Source: a virus. Taken from it: DNA of 64,000 bases. Where the stretch lies: IMG/VR virus record IMGVR_UViG_3300003872_000001, positions 32,001 to 96,000 of that record. One strand, written 5' to 3'. Shown here in pieces: positions 10,579 through 20,134 of the stretch. The stretch's first letter is position 1. The number at the start of each line of letters is the position of its first letter. The notes under the pieces were generated by a model. The model saw only the letters and a program-made list of their open reading frames with translations, was not told the origin of the DNA and did not search any database. Both the position numbers and the translations under genes were made by a program.

Positions 10579-11928
10579 ATGTATAGAAATATGAATCAAC
10601 AACAGCCGGCATATCCTGTTGAGCAACAAATTATGAGTGCATCGCCACAATCATTACCACAGGCAAATGCAGTTCAGTACGCACAACCAAACATGTCATT
10701 GCAACAACTACAGCAACAACAACAGTATCAAATGATGCAACAAGCTCAGGCTATGCAACAAGCTCAGGCTATGCAAAATCAAATTATGCAGCAACCAGCT
10801 CCACTACAAGGTTTTGGTACACCAGTTACCAATGTAATGCCTATGCCAGAATCTCCAATAGTACAAGCTACAAATAGATTTAGTCAAAATGTTGAAGTAG
10901 CAAAAGAAATGGCGACACCCGCTCAAGTACAAGGAACACCATGTACAACACAGCAACCAGCGCCTCCTACGAATAATGTTTCAGAAATAAAAATATACCC
11001 AATGCTAGGAAATGAATTTGAGCCACTAACAACAGAAAATATTCTAGTTGAAAAACAAGTACAGGGTGATAATTATAAATACGCTATTATGGGTAAACTT
11101 GATGATACTATTTTGAAATCAAAAGAGTTTGCTGCGGATGAAATCATTCCGATGGATGATCCAATAACACGTAGGTTATCTAGAACCCTATTGGTATATA
11201 AAATGAAAAATAAAGTAGAAACTGAATCTATAGATGCAACATTTCAAACAGTTAGTCTGTTAGAATATTTACCAATAACTGATGATAGATTTTTATTAAA
11301 TGGTATGATTGCTTCTACTAATAATTTAAGTGAATTAGCAAGTACACTATTGGTTAAATATCGAGGTGTTGATTCAGAAGAAGATAAAATTTATCTTGAA
11401 GCAGTAAATGAGTATCTTACAAAGGCTGTTATGTTAGTAATTAAACTATGTTTAAACGAAACAGAAAAGATTAGTTCGTTTATGGACGATTATAAACTAC
11501 TATTAGATACTTATGAAAATGCATTTATTAAGATGCCGGGTGTGGCTAAGCGATATAAATTTAGCTTAGAAAGCATCTTTACTGACCTGCAAGCATCTAT
11601 GGATATATACAATATAATGAATGAGGATTTAGCAGAAGAGGAACCTACTACTTCTTTTAAAAATTTTAAAAGAGGTATCATAATAGACCCAGTTGTAATT
11701 ATGGTTTTAAATACCAATTCACAGTTAGTAAAGGCAACAAATATACTTTCTGTATTTAAAGATATGGAAGGAGTTAAAGCTATACGTGAAGATGTACTAC
11801 CTACATTACATCGCTTAATAGATCAAGCATATGAAACTGGTTATACTAAATTGGTCCTGATCGTAGGTGATGCTACTTTCATTGTTAAACGAACAGTATC
11901 AGACTACTTCACTATAAGTAAACTATGA
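10579..11928 (+). CDS. Hypothetical protein with Q/P/M-rich low-complexity N-terminus
   Basis: AAGGA RBS before ATG 10579. The first ~130 aa are Q/P/A/M-rich, followed by a globular-looking domain. Confidence 0.7.
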   Translation: MYRNMNQQQPAYPVEQQIMSASPQSLPQANAVQYAQPNMSLQQLQQQQQYQMMQQAQAMQQAQAMQNQIMQQPAPLQGFGTPVTNVMPMPESPIVQATNRFSQNVEVAKEMATPAQVQGTPCTTQQPAPPTNNVSEIKIYPMLGNEFEPLTTENILVEKQVQGDNYKYAIMGKLDDTILKSKEFAADEIIPMDDPITRRLSRTLLVYKMKNKVETESIDATFQTVSLLEYLPITDDRFLLNGMIASTNNLSELASTLLVKYRGVDSEEDKIYLEAVNEYLTKAVMLVIKLCLNETEKISSFMDDYKLLLDTYENAFIKMPGVAKRYKFSLESIFTDLQASMDIYNIMNEDLAEEEPTTSFKNFKRGIIIDPVVIMVLNTNSQLVKATNILSVFKDMEGVKAIREDVLPTLHRLIDQAYETGYTKLVLIVGDATFIVKRTVSDYFTISKL

Positions 11929-11931
11929 TAT

Positions 11932-11961
11932 ATCACTAGTAGCATATTAGCTACTAGTGAT
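11932..11961. terminator. Palindromic hairpin (CACTAGTAGC family)
   Basis: atcactagtagc-atatta-gctactagtgat between convergent genes. Confidence 0.75.
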
Positions 11962-12046
11962 AATTTAAGCAACTATTAAGAAGAAGTTTTTTTATTTTTT
12001 TAAAAAATTAATAGCTGTAAGCGTATATACATCTAAACAAATACCG

Positions 12047-14656
12047 TTAAACCGTGAGATCATCTTCTGTATCGCCGCTATCATCACCTGTGTCACCATC
12101 ACCACTATCACCGGTATCTGTATTGTCATCATCACTAGCATCACCAGCATCAGTAGTATCATCCGGAATATCACCTTCAGGATCTCCTTCATCTTCTCCG
12201 CCGGTATTGTCCTCATTGGTATCATCTGCTGTGCCATCTCCTTCCTCATCAATTTTATCTAATTTCTTATTTACGTCTTTAACAAATTTACCTGTCTTCT
12301 TAAAGAATGGTATAAGTAGTTCACTAAGAATACTAGTGTAATCTTGATATTCATCTAATAAATCAAATTTAATTTTACCTTCTTCATTCCTGGTCATAAA
12401 CTCAGTTATTTCAGGAAAATAGTTATTATCAACCATCCATTTCTTAATTAATATAGTTTTCATAACTACTTTAATACCATCTATCTTACCGCTCATATCA
12501 CCTATAAGTTCATCTGGCAAAGCGTCACTGCTCATAACTAAATCTAGATAGTCATCTAGTGCACTACTATAGTCCCCGAATAGATCTTTCACATTAGTAT
12601 TATCAGTAACTTCTGGTTTAGGTAAACTAACATTTAAATTATCGATATATTCTTTGGTAAGATAGTCCACAATAATATCTTTTTTATTTTCCAATCCTAA
12701 TTGAGCTATATCTGATTTAAAATTTTTTATTAGTTTGGTGTAGTTACTCTCTATCAAACCTTTTATTTTATTATAAATTCTAGGATCATTATAAATAATC
12801 TTTCTAGTATAAGATTGAACTTGTGGTATCAATATATTTTGTAACTGCATAACACGCTTAGACAGTAATATATTCTTTGCAACTACTGTTGTAGCGAAAT
12901 CTGGATCGTATCCACTTTTAACTAATTCTTGTGTTAAACCAAATGACATAATAATATGTTCTTGTATCATATTATCTAATTCGTCATCTGGGATTACTTT
13001 ACTTGTATTAGTGTCTGTAGTTGTTATATCCATAGCTGGTAGACGTGGGTGTTTAAATTTAAACACAAAACCTACCTTATGTGCCCAATCAACTAGGTCG
13101 TCGATTTTAGTAACTCCTAGAGGCAATTGTGTTTGTCTAGTTTTCATAGCTTCAGAAATTATTTTTTCTTTAGTACCATCTGGATCGATATCATCGTCAT
13201 CCAACTCAGCAGAAACTTCAGTAGTAGTGGTACTATTTTTTATATTCGCCATTAGTTTAGTAAATAGAATAATACTTCTTATACTAAATAGCATAGTTAC
13301 TTTTTCCAGCATGCTTTTACCAGTACCATTATCTCTATAATCAAATGCGAAATATTCTAATAGTTGTTTTGGAATATATAATAATTTAGTTTTCTTACCA
13401 TCTAAAGCACGGAATAACATAGTTTCATATATATCGTCAGCATCACTTAAAGTAGCTAATGATCCATACACTCCAGTTTCTAATCGTTTTTTAAGTTTAT
13501 TTTCAATTAGAGTATTATAAATTTTTTTAATATCTTTTAATTTAGGATCTTTCTTTATAATACCTTTTAAAGCTTTTTGTGTCTTCTTTATAATATCCAA
13601 TTTATTATCAGTACTACCACTATTTAGAGATCCATTTAACACTTCAGTATTAGATAAAGCTTTCTGTGTATTTTTTAGAGGAGCACCATTATCGTCAAGC
13701 ATAATAAAATATCCCAAATGATCAGTATTATCATTAACACTATGCACCGGGATAATAGATTCAGGAGATAATTTAAGTATAAGTGGTTTACCTACATTTT
13801 CTCTAATAGTTTCATCAGAAGTTTTAACTTCAAGATAAGTAGCCTCTTTATATGAAGTTGTTCTAAATAGGCTATCCAGGCCCATTTTATTTTCCAATTT
13901 CTTCATTTTTTCTTTTACACTCATATCGACATTTGCTTCTGTGCTAATATTAAATATATCATCGATTTTACTATTAACTTTACGCTTAAATACTTCATTT
14001 GCTACTAGACATGTATAGTCATCTGTGATGTCCAATACATCATTTTCTAAATATTCTAATTTTATTTCTTCATTACCAAACGTATAAGATTCAGTGGATA
14101 ATTTATCAGACGCACTACCTAATAATCCTTTACTCTTTTCTGATTTTTGAATATATTTAGCCACATCCATATCTTCATGTGATGCATATATATCGCTGTT
14201 TATGATTTCATCTAATGCAGATTCTGGTATGATGGCCTCGGCGTAACAACCTTTAGTAAATAATGCTTCTCTTATAATAGTTGGTAATTTAGCATTTATG
14301 TCATATTCTTTTAACATGAATGTTTCGATTTCATTTAGGATAGTATTATTTATATCTATTGGTATGTTCAATTCTGGCTTAACATATCTTAATTTACTTT
14401 CAAGCATGTCATTAGGTGCCAGTATACTAGAAGTTAATATTTGTATCGATAGCTCAACATCCGGAAATAATTGTGTGATATCTTCATTATTCTTGATTCT
14501 ATCAAGTACACTATTTCCTATATCACTAATATTACTAGCGTTATTACCCATATTGTAACCAGAACTTTTTCCTGGTTGTGTTAATTTACTGAATACAGCT
14601 TCAGCTTCAGCATTTTTCATAATATACTTTGGTATTTTAGCAGTTGGTTTTTTCAT
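12047..14656 (-). CDS. Portal protein (phiKZ gp129-like)
   Basis: About 870 aa. LFPDVELSIQILTSSILAP, IIPES, GKPLILKLSPESIIPVH, YFAFDY..NGTGKS and PDFATTVV motifs; acidic D/G tail; GGAG RBS favours ATG 14656. Confidence 0.82.
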   Translation of the reverse strand: MKKPTAKIPKYIMKNAEAEAVFSKLTQPGKSSGYNMGNNASNISDIGNSVLDRIKNNEDITQLFPDVELSIQILTSSILAPNDMLESKLRYVKPELNIPIDINNTILNEIETFMLKEYDINAKLPTIIREALFTKGCYAEAIIPESALDEIINSDIYASHEDMDVAKYIQKSEKSKGLLGSASDKLSTESYTFGNEEIKLEYLENDVLDITDDYTCLVANEVFKRKVNSKIDDIFNISTEANVDMSVKEKMKKLENKMGLDSLFRTTSYKEATYLEVKTSDETIRENVGKPLILKLSPESIIPVHSVNDNTDHLGYFIMLDDNGAPLKNTQKALSNTEVLNGSLNSGSTDNKLDIIKKTQKALKGIIKKDPKLKDIKKIYNTLIENKLKKRLETGVYGSLATLSDADDIYETMLFRALDGKKTKLLYIPKQLLEYFAFDYRDNGTGKSMLEKVTMLFSIRSIILFTKLMANIKNSTTTTEVSAELDDDDIDPDGTKEKIISEAMKTRQTQLPLGVTKIDDLVDWAHKVGFVFKFKHPRLPAMDITTTDTNTSKVIPDDELDNMIQEHIIMSFGLTQELVKSGYDPDFATTVVAKNILLSKRVMQLQNILIPQVQSYTRKIIYNDPRIYNKIKGLIESNYTKLIKNFKSDIAQLGLENKKDIIVDYLTKEYIDNLNVSLPKPEVTDNTNVKDLFGDYSSALDDYLDLVMSSDALPDELIGDMSGKIDGIKVVMKTILIKKWMVDNNYFPEITEFMTRNEEGKIKFDLLDEYQDYTSILSELLIPFFKKTGKFVKDVNKKLDKIDEEGDGTADDTNEDNTGGEDEGDPEGDIPDDTTDAGDASDDDNTDTGDSGDGDTGDDSGDTEDDLTV

Positions 14657-14686
14657 TATAGCTCCATTCATTTTAAGGATATTCAT

Positions 14687-17200
14687 ATGTATACATTACA
14701 GCAATACGTAGATGACAATATAGTATTGGCCAAATCTATGGTCATAAAATTAACCGATATAGGTGAGCAAATAAACAATAGTTTAAAAGCTTTATTCAAT
14801 ATAGATATACCCTCAGATAAACATGACTGGAAATATTTTTTAAACCTTTCTGGTCAGCCACATTCTACTAATAGTAGAGATATTAAAATAAACATATTAG
14901 AACTAAATCAGATAAGACCATTTAATATAGACACATTAGATAAATACCCAGACACAAGAGCTTCTCTTACAGGATTTAGTAACTATTATAATGAATTAAT
15001 ATATAAGTATCCTAATGATATAGCATATATAAATGGTTGTATAAACCCTGTTAATATCGATGTAGCTATATCAGCCCCAGAAGGTACTATCTTAACTTAT
15101 GATGATACACTTGTTGAGGAACAAGAATTATCGATAATTAGGAAATTAGAAAAATTCATTATAGATTATCTTGCAAGATGGCATCTTAAAAATTATATGG
15201 TCTGCGATGAACTTTATATGTCATCTATGTTAGCTACCTTATATGGTGCGATACCTAATAAGTTAATGAATATAAGATTAGCCAATGCTAGATCTAATGA
15301 AGCTCATAGCTTCCATGTAGAACATTATTTTAGGTCAAATTTTAATTTATGGGATGATGTGCAAGTATTGAATAAAGAGTCACTCTGGTGGCTTTATAAC
15401 AATCTAGATTACATCATCAAACATGGAGGTAGAGAGAGCACAACTGATCTTATATTAAATAAAATTTTTAATGTAAATAATATTGGCGTCGGCAGGATTA
15501 TGTTAGGTTTCCAAGATGCTACACTTAAGAAATCTCCTACACTAGATGAATCAGTTTATAATAATTCTACTAGCAATATTATTTCTATAAAAGCAAATGA
15601 CAGTTACTTTATGAACAATAACAAAACTAGAAGTATTCAAACTTTTATAGACACACAATTAGCTAGTAAACAAATAACATCTGACTTATTTAAAAATGAT
15701 CCATTTTACACTGATATATTTAAAGAAAAACTAAATGGTAAAAATGATGTATTAGAAAATACAAAAACATTTGATATTAATCCAGTAGTTTTATTAGATA
15801 TATACGGATTAGATCTTTTTGAAACCATTGTTGATACATGGGCACATAAAGCTTATAATGACCAATATTTAGCTTTACAATATTTTACCGACCCTAACAC
15901 TAACGCGAGGTATACTTTATCGCCTAAGCAAGGTTTCTTAGTATTGATTAAAATGATCGCTATGTTATATGGTGACACTAATACGACTATAGATGATTAC
16001 TATTATAATAATGTGATATCACCTTCTTATGATAAGTCTACATTAATAAATAATTTATTTACTACAGAAGATTTATCAGATATAGCAGACGTTATATTAG
16101 CTAATGTTCCTAATACAGTATTTATTTCCACTAACACTAAGTTTACTACTTATATTAATGATATATTAAAACTTTTTGTAACGGTTAAACTCATTGATTC
16201 TAATATAGAAGATTTATCCATTTCTACGGATATAAAAGCAATTGCAAATCGCTTAGCACAACGTGGAGTTATAAGTATATCCAAAGGTAAGACGATAGAT
16301 GAATTACTAATGGCAGAAGGTATAAATATAAGTATGCCTGGGATATACAATCCTAAGTTAACTATTGCTGAACTACTATTAGTCTTTACAGGTATGAATG
16401 TCGACATATATCAAAAGTTTACAGATATTAATGACCACTATATATCAATATTCAATAAGTTAACATCTTATACAACACAGATAAATTATACGTCAGATGG
16501 TGCTAAATCGTTATATTCTGAATATACTACTATGTCTGTTAACCATATCACTAAAGGTGTGATAACAACTGAAGCAGCACATGGCTTCCCGTTGGAACAA
16601 GAAAAAACTATAGTTAAAGGTATGGGTAATAACTTTAAAGATAGGTTAGATGGGTTCATACTAGATAATACAGATAATATATTTGTATATGATGTATGTG
16701 GGATAACCGGCATATGTGAAATATATTCTATGCAAAAGGATATACTGGCAGAAGTAACTCAGCCTAATGTTTATGTGGAAGTACTTAGAAATTGTATACC
16801 GTATTATAGCCCTAGTGTTGATGTTGAGTCTAATACATTTAAAGAAGAAATATCTTATAAATGGATAGATAATACAGAAGGATTACACTATGCTAATTGC
16901 AAAATAGGAGGGTTAGTAATTATTGATCAGCAACAGAAAAATTTAGTAGGCAATGTAACAGAACCTAATGTAATAGGTGAAGTTCTACAAGAATGTATAC
17001 CGTATTATAGTCCAGAGATAGTATCTGCAGCTAACGACTTTAAAGACAGTACCCATGGAAAAATAGTTAATACTAATACTATTAAAAATGTATCTAAAGT
17101 TGTTATAGATCCAGTTATAGCGTATACAGGAGATAATACTACAAATCAACCTACAGGAAATGCTACTGTGCCTAATATAATTGCTCAAATAGATATTTAA
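14687..17200 (+). CDS. Virion structural / baseplate protein (phiKZ gp128-like)
   Basis: WKYFLNLSG, L.N.R..EAHSFH and WLYNNL.YI motifs; divergent from the portal gene, as in phiKZ. Confidence 0.72.
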   Translation: MYTLQQYVDDNIVLAKSMVIKLTDIGEQINNSLKALFNIDIPSDKHDWKYFLNLSGQPHSTNSRDIKINILELNQIRPFNIDTLDKYPDTRASLTGFSNYYNELIYKYPNDIAYINGCINPVNIDVAISAPEGTILTYDDTLVEEQELSIIRKLEKFIIDYLARWHLKNYMVCDELYMSSMLATLYGAIPNKLMNIRLANARSNEAHSFHVEHYFRSNFNLWDDVQVLNKESLWWLYNNLDYIIKHGGRESTTDLILNKIFNVNNIGVGRIMLGFQDATLKKSPTLDESVYNNSTSNIISIKANDSYFMNNNKTRSIQTFIDTQLASKQITSDLFKNDPFYTDIFKEKLNGKNDVLENTKTFDINPVVLLDIYGLDLFETIVDTWAHKAYNDQYLALQYFTDPNTNARYTLSPKQGFLVLIKMIAMLYGDTNTTIDDYYYNNVISPSYDKSTLINNLFTTEDLSDIADVILANVPNTVFISTNTKFTTYINDILKLFVTVKLIDSNIEDLSISTDIKAIANRLAQRGVISISKGKTIDELLMAEGINISMPGIYNPKLTIAELLLVFTGMNVDIYQKFTDINDHYISIFNKLTSYTTQINYTSDGAKSLYSEYTTMSVNHITKGVITTEAAHGFPLEQEKTIVKGMGNNFKDRLDGFILDNTDNIFVYDVCGITGICEIYSMQKDILAEVTQPNVYVEVLRNCIPYYSPSVDVESNTFKEEISYKWIDNTEGLHYANCKIGGLVIIDQQQKNLVGNVTEPNVIGEVLQECIPYYSPEIVSAANDFKDSTHGKIVNTNTIKNVSKVVIDPVIAYTGDNTTNQPTGNATVPNIIAQIDI

Positions 17201-17203
17201 CAT

Positions 17204-17237
17204 AACTACTATTAGCCACATATGGCTAATAGTAGTT
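17204..17237. terminator. Palindromic hairpin between convergent genes
   Basis: aactactattagcca-cata-tggctaatagtagtt. Confidence 0.75.
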
Positions 17238-17892
17238 AAAGATTACTTCGTATCATCATAGCATGTAACATAGCTTTTACAGTATTAGTAGAAACTACAC
17301 CAGTAGCATAGTTTGCTAGTACTTTTTGACTAACAGAACCTTGGCTTATTAACAATTTAGTCATAGCATCTTTACTGCCTAAATCACCACCACGATCTTT
17401 CATAAGTTCTTGAGCACTCTCTTTAATACCCATACCAACTAATATTTGTAATTCAGGTAAAGTTAATTTGCTAGCTTTACTTTCTCCAGTAACTTGACCA
17501 GTTAATAGATCTATTGTTTTATCATCCTTAGGAATAGATATTTTTTTAGTTAAGATTTGGCTAGCACGTCTTGTTGCTATATTAAGAACTAAATATTTAT
17601 TTGGTGTAATGTAAGGATGTTTTTTAGCAAATCGTAAACGTTGAAATACTGGCTCACCTAACTCCTCTACTATTTTCATACATTTTTTAGTGTCTAATTT
17701 AATATCAGATCCATTAGGTGCAACGACAGATAATTTAATTTTTCTATCTCTTAGATCTCTCATAAAGTTATCAAAATCTTTATTAGACATATTTTTAAAT
17801 ATAAGATCTTTATATAGTTTCTTATTCTTGGTACCAGCTATCTTTTCTATATAAGTAAGTATAGTTTGTTCAGCTTTTTTTCTATCGGCCAT
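17236..17892 (-). CDS. Virion RNA polymerase beta C-terminal subunit (phiKZ gp149-like)
   Basis: RRASQILTKKISIP, DLLTGQVTGESKASKLTLPE and ELMKDRGGD correspond to the beta C-terminal GQ.../E.L..KSDD region. Confidence 0.85.
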   Translation of the reverse strand: MADRKKAEQTILTYIEKIAGTKNKKLYKDLIFKNMSNKDFDNFMRDLRDRKIKLSVVAPNGSDIKLDTKKCMKIVEELGEPVFQRLRFAKKHPYITPNKYLVLNIATRRASQILTKKISIPKDDKTIDLLTGQVTGESKASKLTLPELQILVGMGIKESAQELMKDRGGDLGSKDAMTKLLISQGSVSQKVLANYATGVVSTNTVKAMLHAMMIRSNL

Positions 17893-17934
17893 TGGGATTC
17901 CTTATATATGATGTAATATATTACATCATATGAT

Positions 17935-18708
17935 TTAAAACATTATTGGTATACATATATTGGTAGGTGTCTTAATACCTAAGTATTTTACACGATATGT
18001 TTCACGATCAGACTGAGTTATCGTATATGTTGGAATAGGACTAGGTGTAGTGAATACGTCCTTAGGAGTACCAAGATTTAATAAACCAGCTAATTGATTC
18101 TTCTTATCTAAAACACCTACTTCTGGGGAATCTACAATTGTTTTCCATACATTATTACTACCATTACTTGCTAGTCCGTGCATAGTTACAACTTGGTGTT
18201 TATTAGATATGTCCTCTTTAACTGTAGGTAATTTAAATATAGTTTCTAAAGGAAGAACGGCATCACTTGCTTCTTCATTCATAATACTACCACCACCAAC
18301 TCTATAACCCCACACATCATAACTATTACCCTTTAAGTTTTGATCTATATATTCAAGTTCAGGTATGAGTATAATATCCATATACACTTTATCATAATAT
18401 GCACGCATATAGTTATTAGTAACAGATGATGTAAATGATGTTAGAAATATAAATCTGTAATCTTTATTCTTTTTATAATAATTAGTATCAACAATGGTAT
18501 TATTAGCGTCTTTACGACTTAAAACTAAAGGTGAATAAGTACTTGTTTTTACTTCTCTTCTGCTTATTAATGTATCACTAATGCTCATTAACGGTAAGGT
18601 CTCTTTAATAGTGATAACTAAGTTATTTCCTGTTAACGTTTGTTTTTTGCTTTCACTAACAGCTAACTCTACTTTACGTGTCTGAAAGTCTGGTTTTTTA
18701 TATATCAT
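17935..18708 (-). CDS. Hypothetical protein
   Basis: 257-aa ORF with an AAGGA RBS. Confidence 0.65.
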   Translation of the reverse strand: MIYKKPDFQTRKVELAVSESKKQTLTGNNLVITIKETLPLMSISDTLISRREVKTSTYSPLVLSRKDANNTIVDTNYYKKNKDYRFIFLTSFTSSVTNNYMRAYYDKVYMDIILIPELEYIDQNLKGNSYDVWGYRVGGGSIMNEEASDAVLPLETIFKLPTVKEDISNKHQVVTMHGLASNGSNNVWKTIVDSPEVGVLDKKNQLAGLLNLGTPKDVFTTPSPIPTYTITQSDRETYRVKYLGIKTPTNICIPIMF

Positions 18709-18727
18709 CTATTTATCCTTCAATTTT

Positions 18728-19120
18728 TTAAATATCAAGAAAAATGTTATTAGTTATAAAGTATGGTAAAACTATTTCTTTCATAAGAGTAACCCAGTCT
18801 TCAATGTAACCATCATTTGCAATAAACGGCAATACGTTATTTATAATATTACCACTAACACTTCTGTACACTAATAACTCGGTTATAAATAATCTATTTA
18901 TAATTATCCTCTGCACTACTTGGTTCTTATTATAGATTGATTTAATATCAGGATTATTCAAAAACTTTTTACTGTGGTCTTTATTAGTAGTTGCTATATG
19001 GTCAGCTATTAGCTTAACCAAATTAATATCTCCCGATGCTCTGGGTTCATTATATAAATCCATAACATTAACTATTGGTATTGGTTTTTCTTTCTTTTTT
19101 GTAACTTTATTAACACTCAT
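18728..19120 (-). CDS. Hypothetical protein
   Basis: 130-aa ORF with an AGGAG RBS, in an operon with its neighbours. Confidence 0.65.
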   Translation of the reverse strand: MSVNKVTKKKEKPIPIVNVMDLYNEPRASGDINLVKLIADHIATTNKDHSKKFLNNPDIKSIYNKNQVVQRIIINRLFITELLVYRSVSGNIINNVLPFIANDGYIEDWVTLMKEIVLPYFITNNIFLDI

Positions 19121-19436
19121 AAGTATCTCCTAATTTAGTATTTTCTTTTAGCCAATTGAAATGTCTAATAACTTCAAAATTCTTATGCTTAGCGGCTATC
19201 TCATGCATAATAGTTATTATATTTTTATATTTAGCATCGGTAGCTAATTTATTAACTACTTTAATTTCTGCACTCTGTATTAAAGGTCTAGTAGTTTCGG
19301 TTTGTGTCACACCACTCATGTGAAAACATAGTCTTTCTAAATAGTAAAAGTAAGTCTCTATTAAGGTATCATCCTTAACATTTAAATTGAATTTTAACCA
19401 TTCCGGATCCATTGTACACCAATTCTTAAGCTTCAT
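19110..19436 (-). CDS. Hypothetical protein
   Basis: Start MKLKNW lies just after the dUTPase stop. The longer ORF-track start overlaps the dUTPase gene. Confidence 0.6.
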   Translation of the reverse strand: MKLKNWCTMDPEWLKFNLNVKDDTLIETYFYYLERLCFHMSGVTQTETTRPLIQSAEIKVVNKLATDAKYKNIITIMHEIAAKHKNFEVIRHFNWLKENTKLGDTYEC

Positions 19437-19437
19437 T

Positions 19438-20133
19438 CTATTTACCTTGACAATCTTGATCTTGAAAATCTTTATTTGCAATATAATATTTATCATACTC
19501 TGCATATAGCTCGTCAAATGATAAATCATTATTATTAGAAAATATTCTACAAATATGAACATTATCTTCCTCACCATTTATCACTTTCATATAAGTTCCA
19601 TCTTTATAACCGTTATCTTGTCTAAATATATTAAGTACATTCTTAATGACGTATAAAGTGTATAATTCATCTATATCCATATGTATACTATTCATAACTT
19701 TAGCAAAATTAAATATTAATGTTCCTATACTGTATGGTCTAATAAAAGTTACCTCAAGAAGACCTTCTAAGCATTCTACAGTTTCTAAATAATCTAGCGG
19801 ACCAGTTTTCTTTTCAATATGTTCAGATAATAAATCAGAGCACATCTCTTCAGTTATATTTGTACCTGCTATCTCAATACCCCTACTCATAATGAAATGC
19901 CAAATATCAACAACTTCTATTTTAAGATTATCCCAATCTACAGCACCATCTAAATTCTTCCAATGCTTATAAGTATCGCTACTGTCTATGGCCTCAGCTA
20001 TTTCTTGTCTAATATATCTTAACCATGTTATTTTTCTACCATTAGTAGTTCTACCTTCAGGCCAATTTTTACCACATGTTTTAACATTAAGTGCATCTTG
20101 TAATGCAACCATTTCTCCTATTTTAGAATTCAT
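19438..20133 (-). CDS. dut: Dimeric all-alpha dUTPase (Campylobacter-type, dUTPase_2)
   Basis: E.AE.IDS, KHWKN, DWDNLKIEVVDIWHFIMS and KNVLNIFRQDNGYKDGTY.K..NGEEDN motifs. Confidence 0.92.
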   Translation of the reverse strand: MNSKIGEMVALQDALNVKTCGKNWPEGRTTNGRKITWLRYIRQEIAEAIDSSDTYKHWKNLDGAVDWDNLKIEVVDIWHFIMSRGIEIAGTNITEEMCSDLLSEHIEKKTGPLDYLETVECLEGLLEVTFIRPYSIGTLIFNFAKVMNSIHMDIDELYTLYVIKNVLNIFRQDNGYKDGTYMKVINGEEDNVHICRIFSNNNDLSFDELYAEYDKYYIANKDFQDQDCQGK

Positions 20134-20134
20134 C

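Noticed and set aside
7650-14558. Antisense or out-of-frame ORFs such as 7650..8207, 11992..12252 and 12054..12341
   Set aside because: They overlap confident genes, and their composition mirrors the low-complexity coding frames.
14657-14686. Portal start at 14686 giving abutting CAT/ATG starts
   Set aside because: A GGAG RBS at proper spacing supports ATG 14656 instead.
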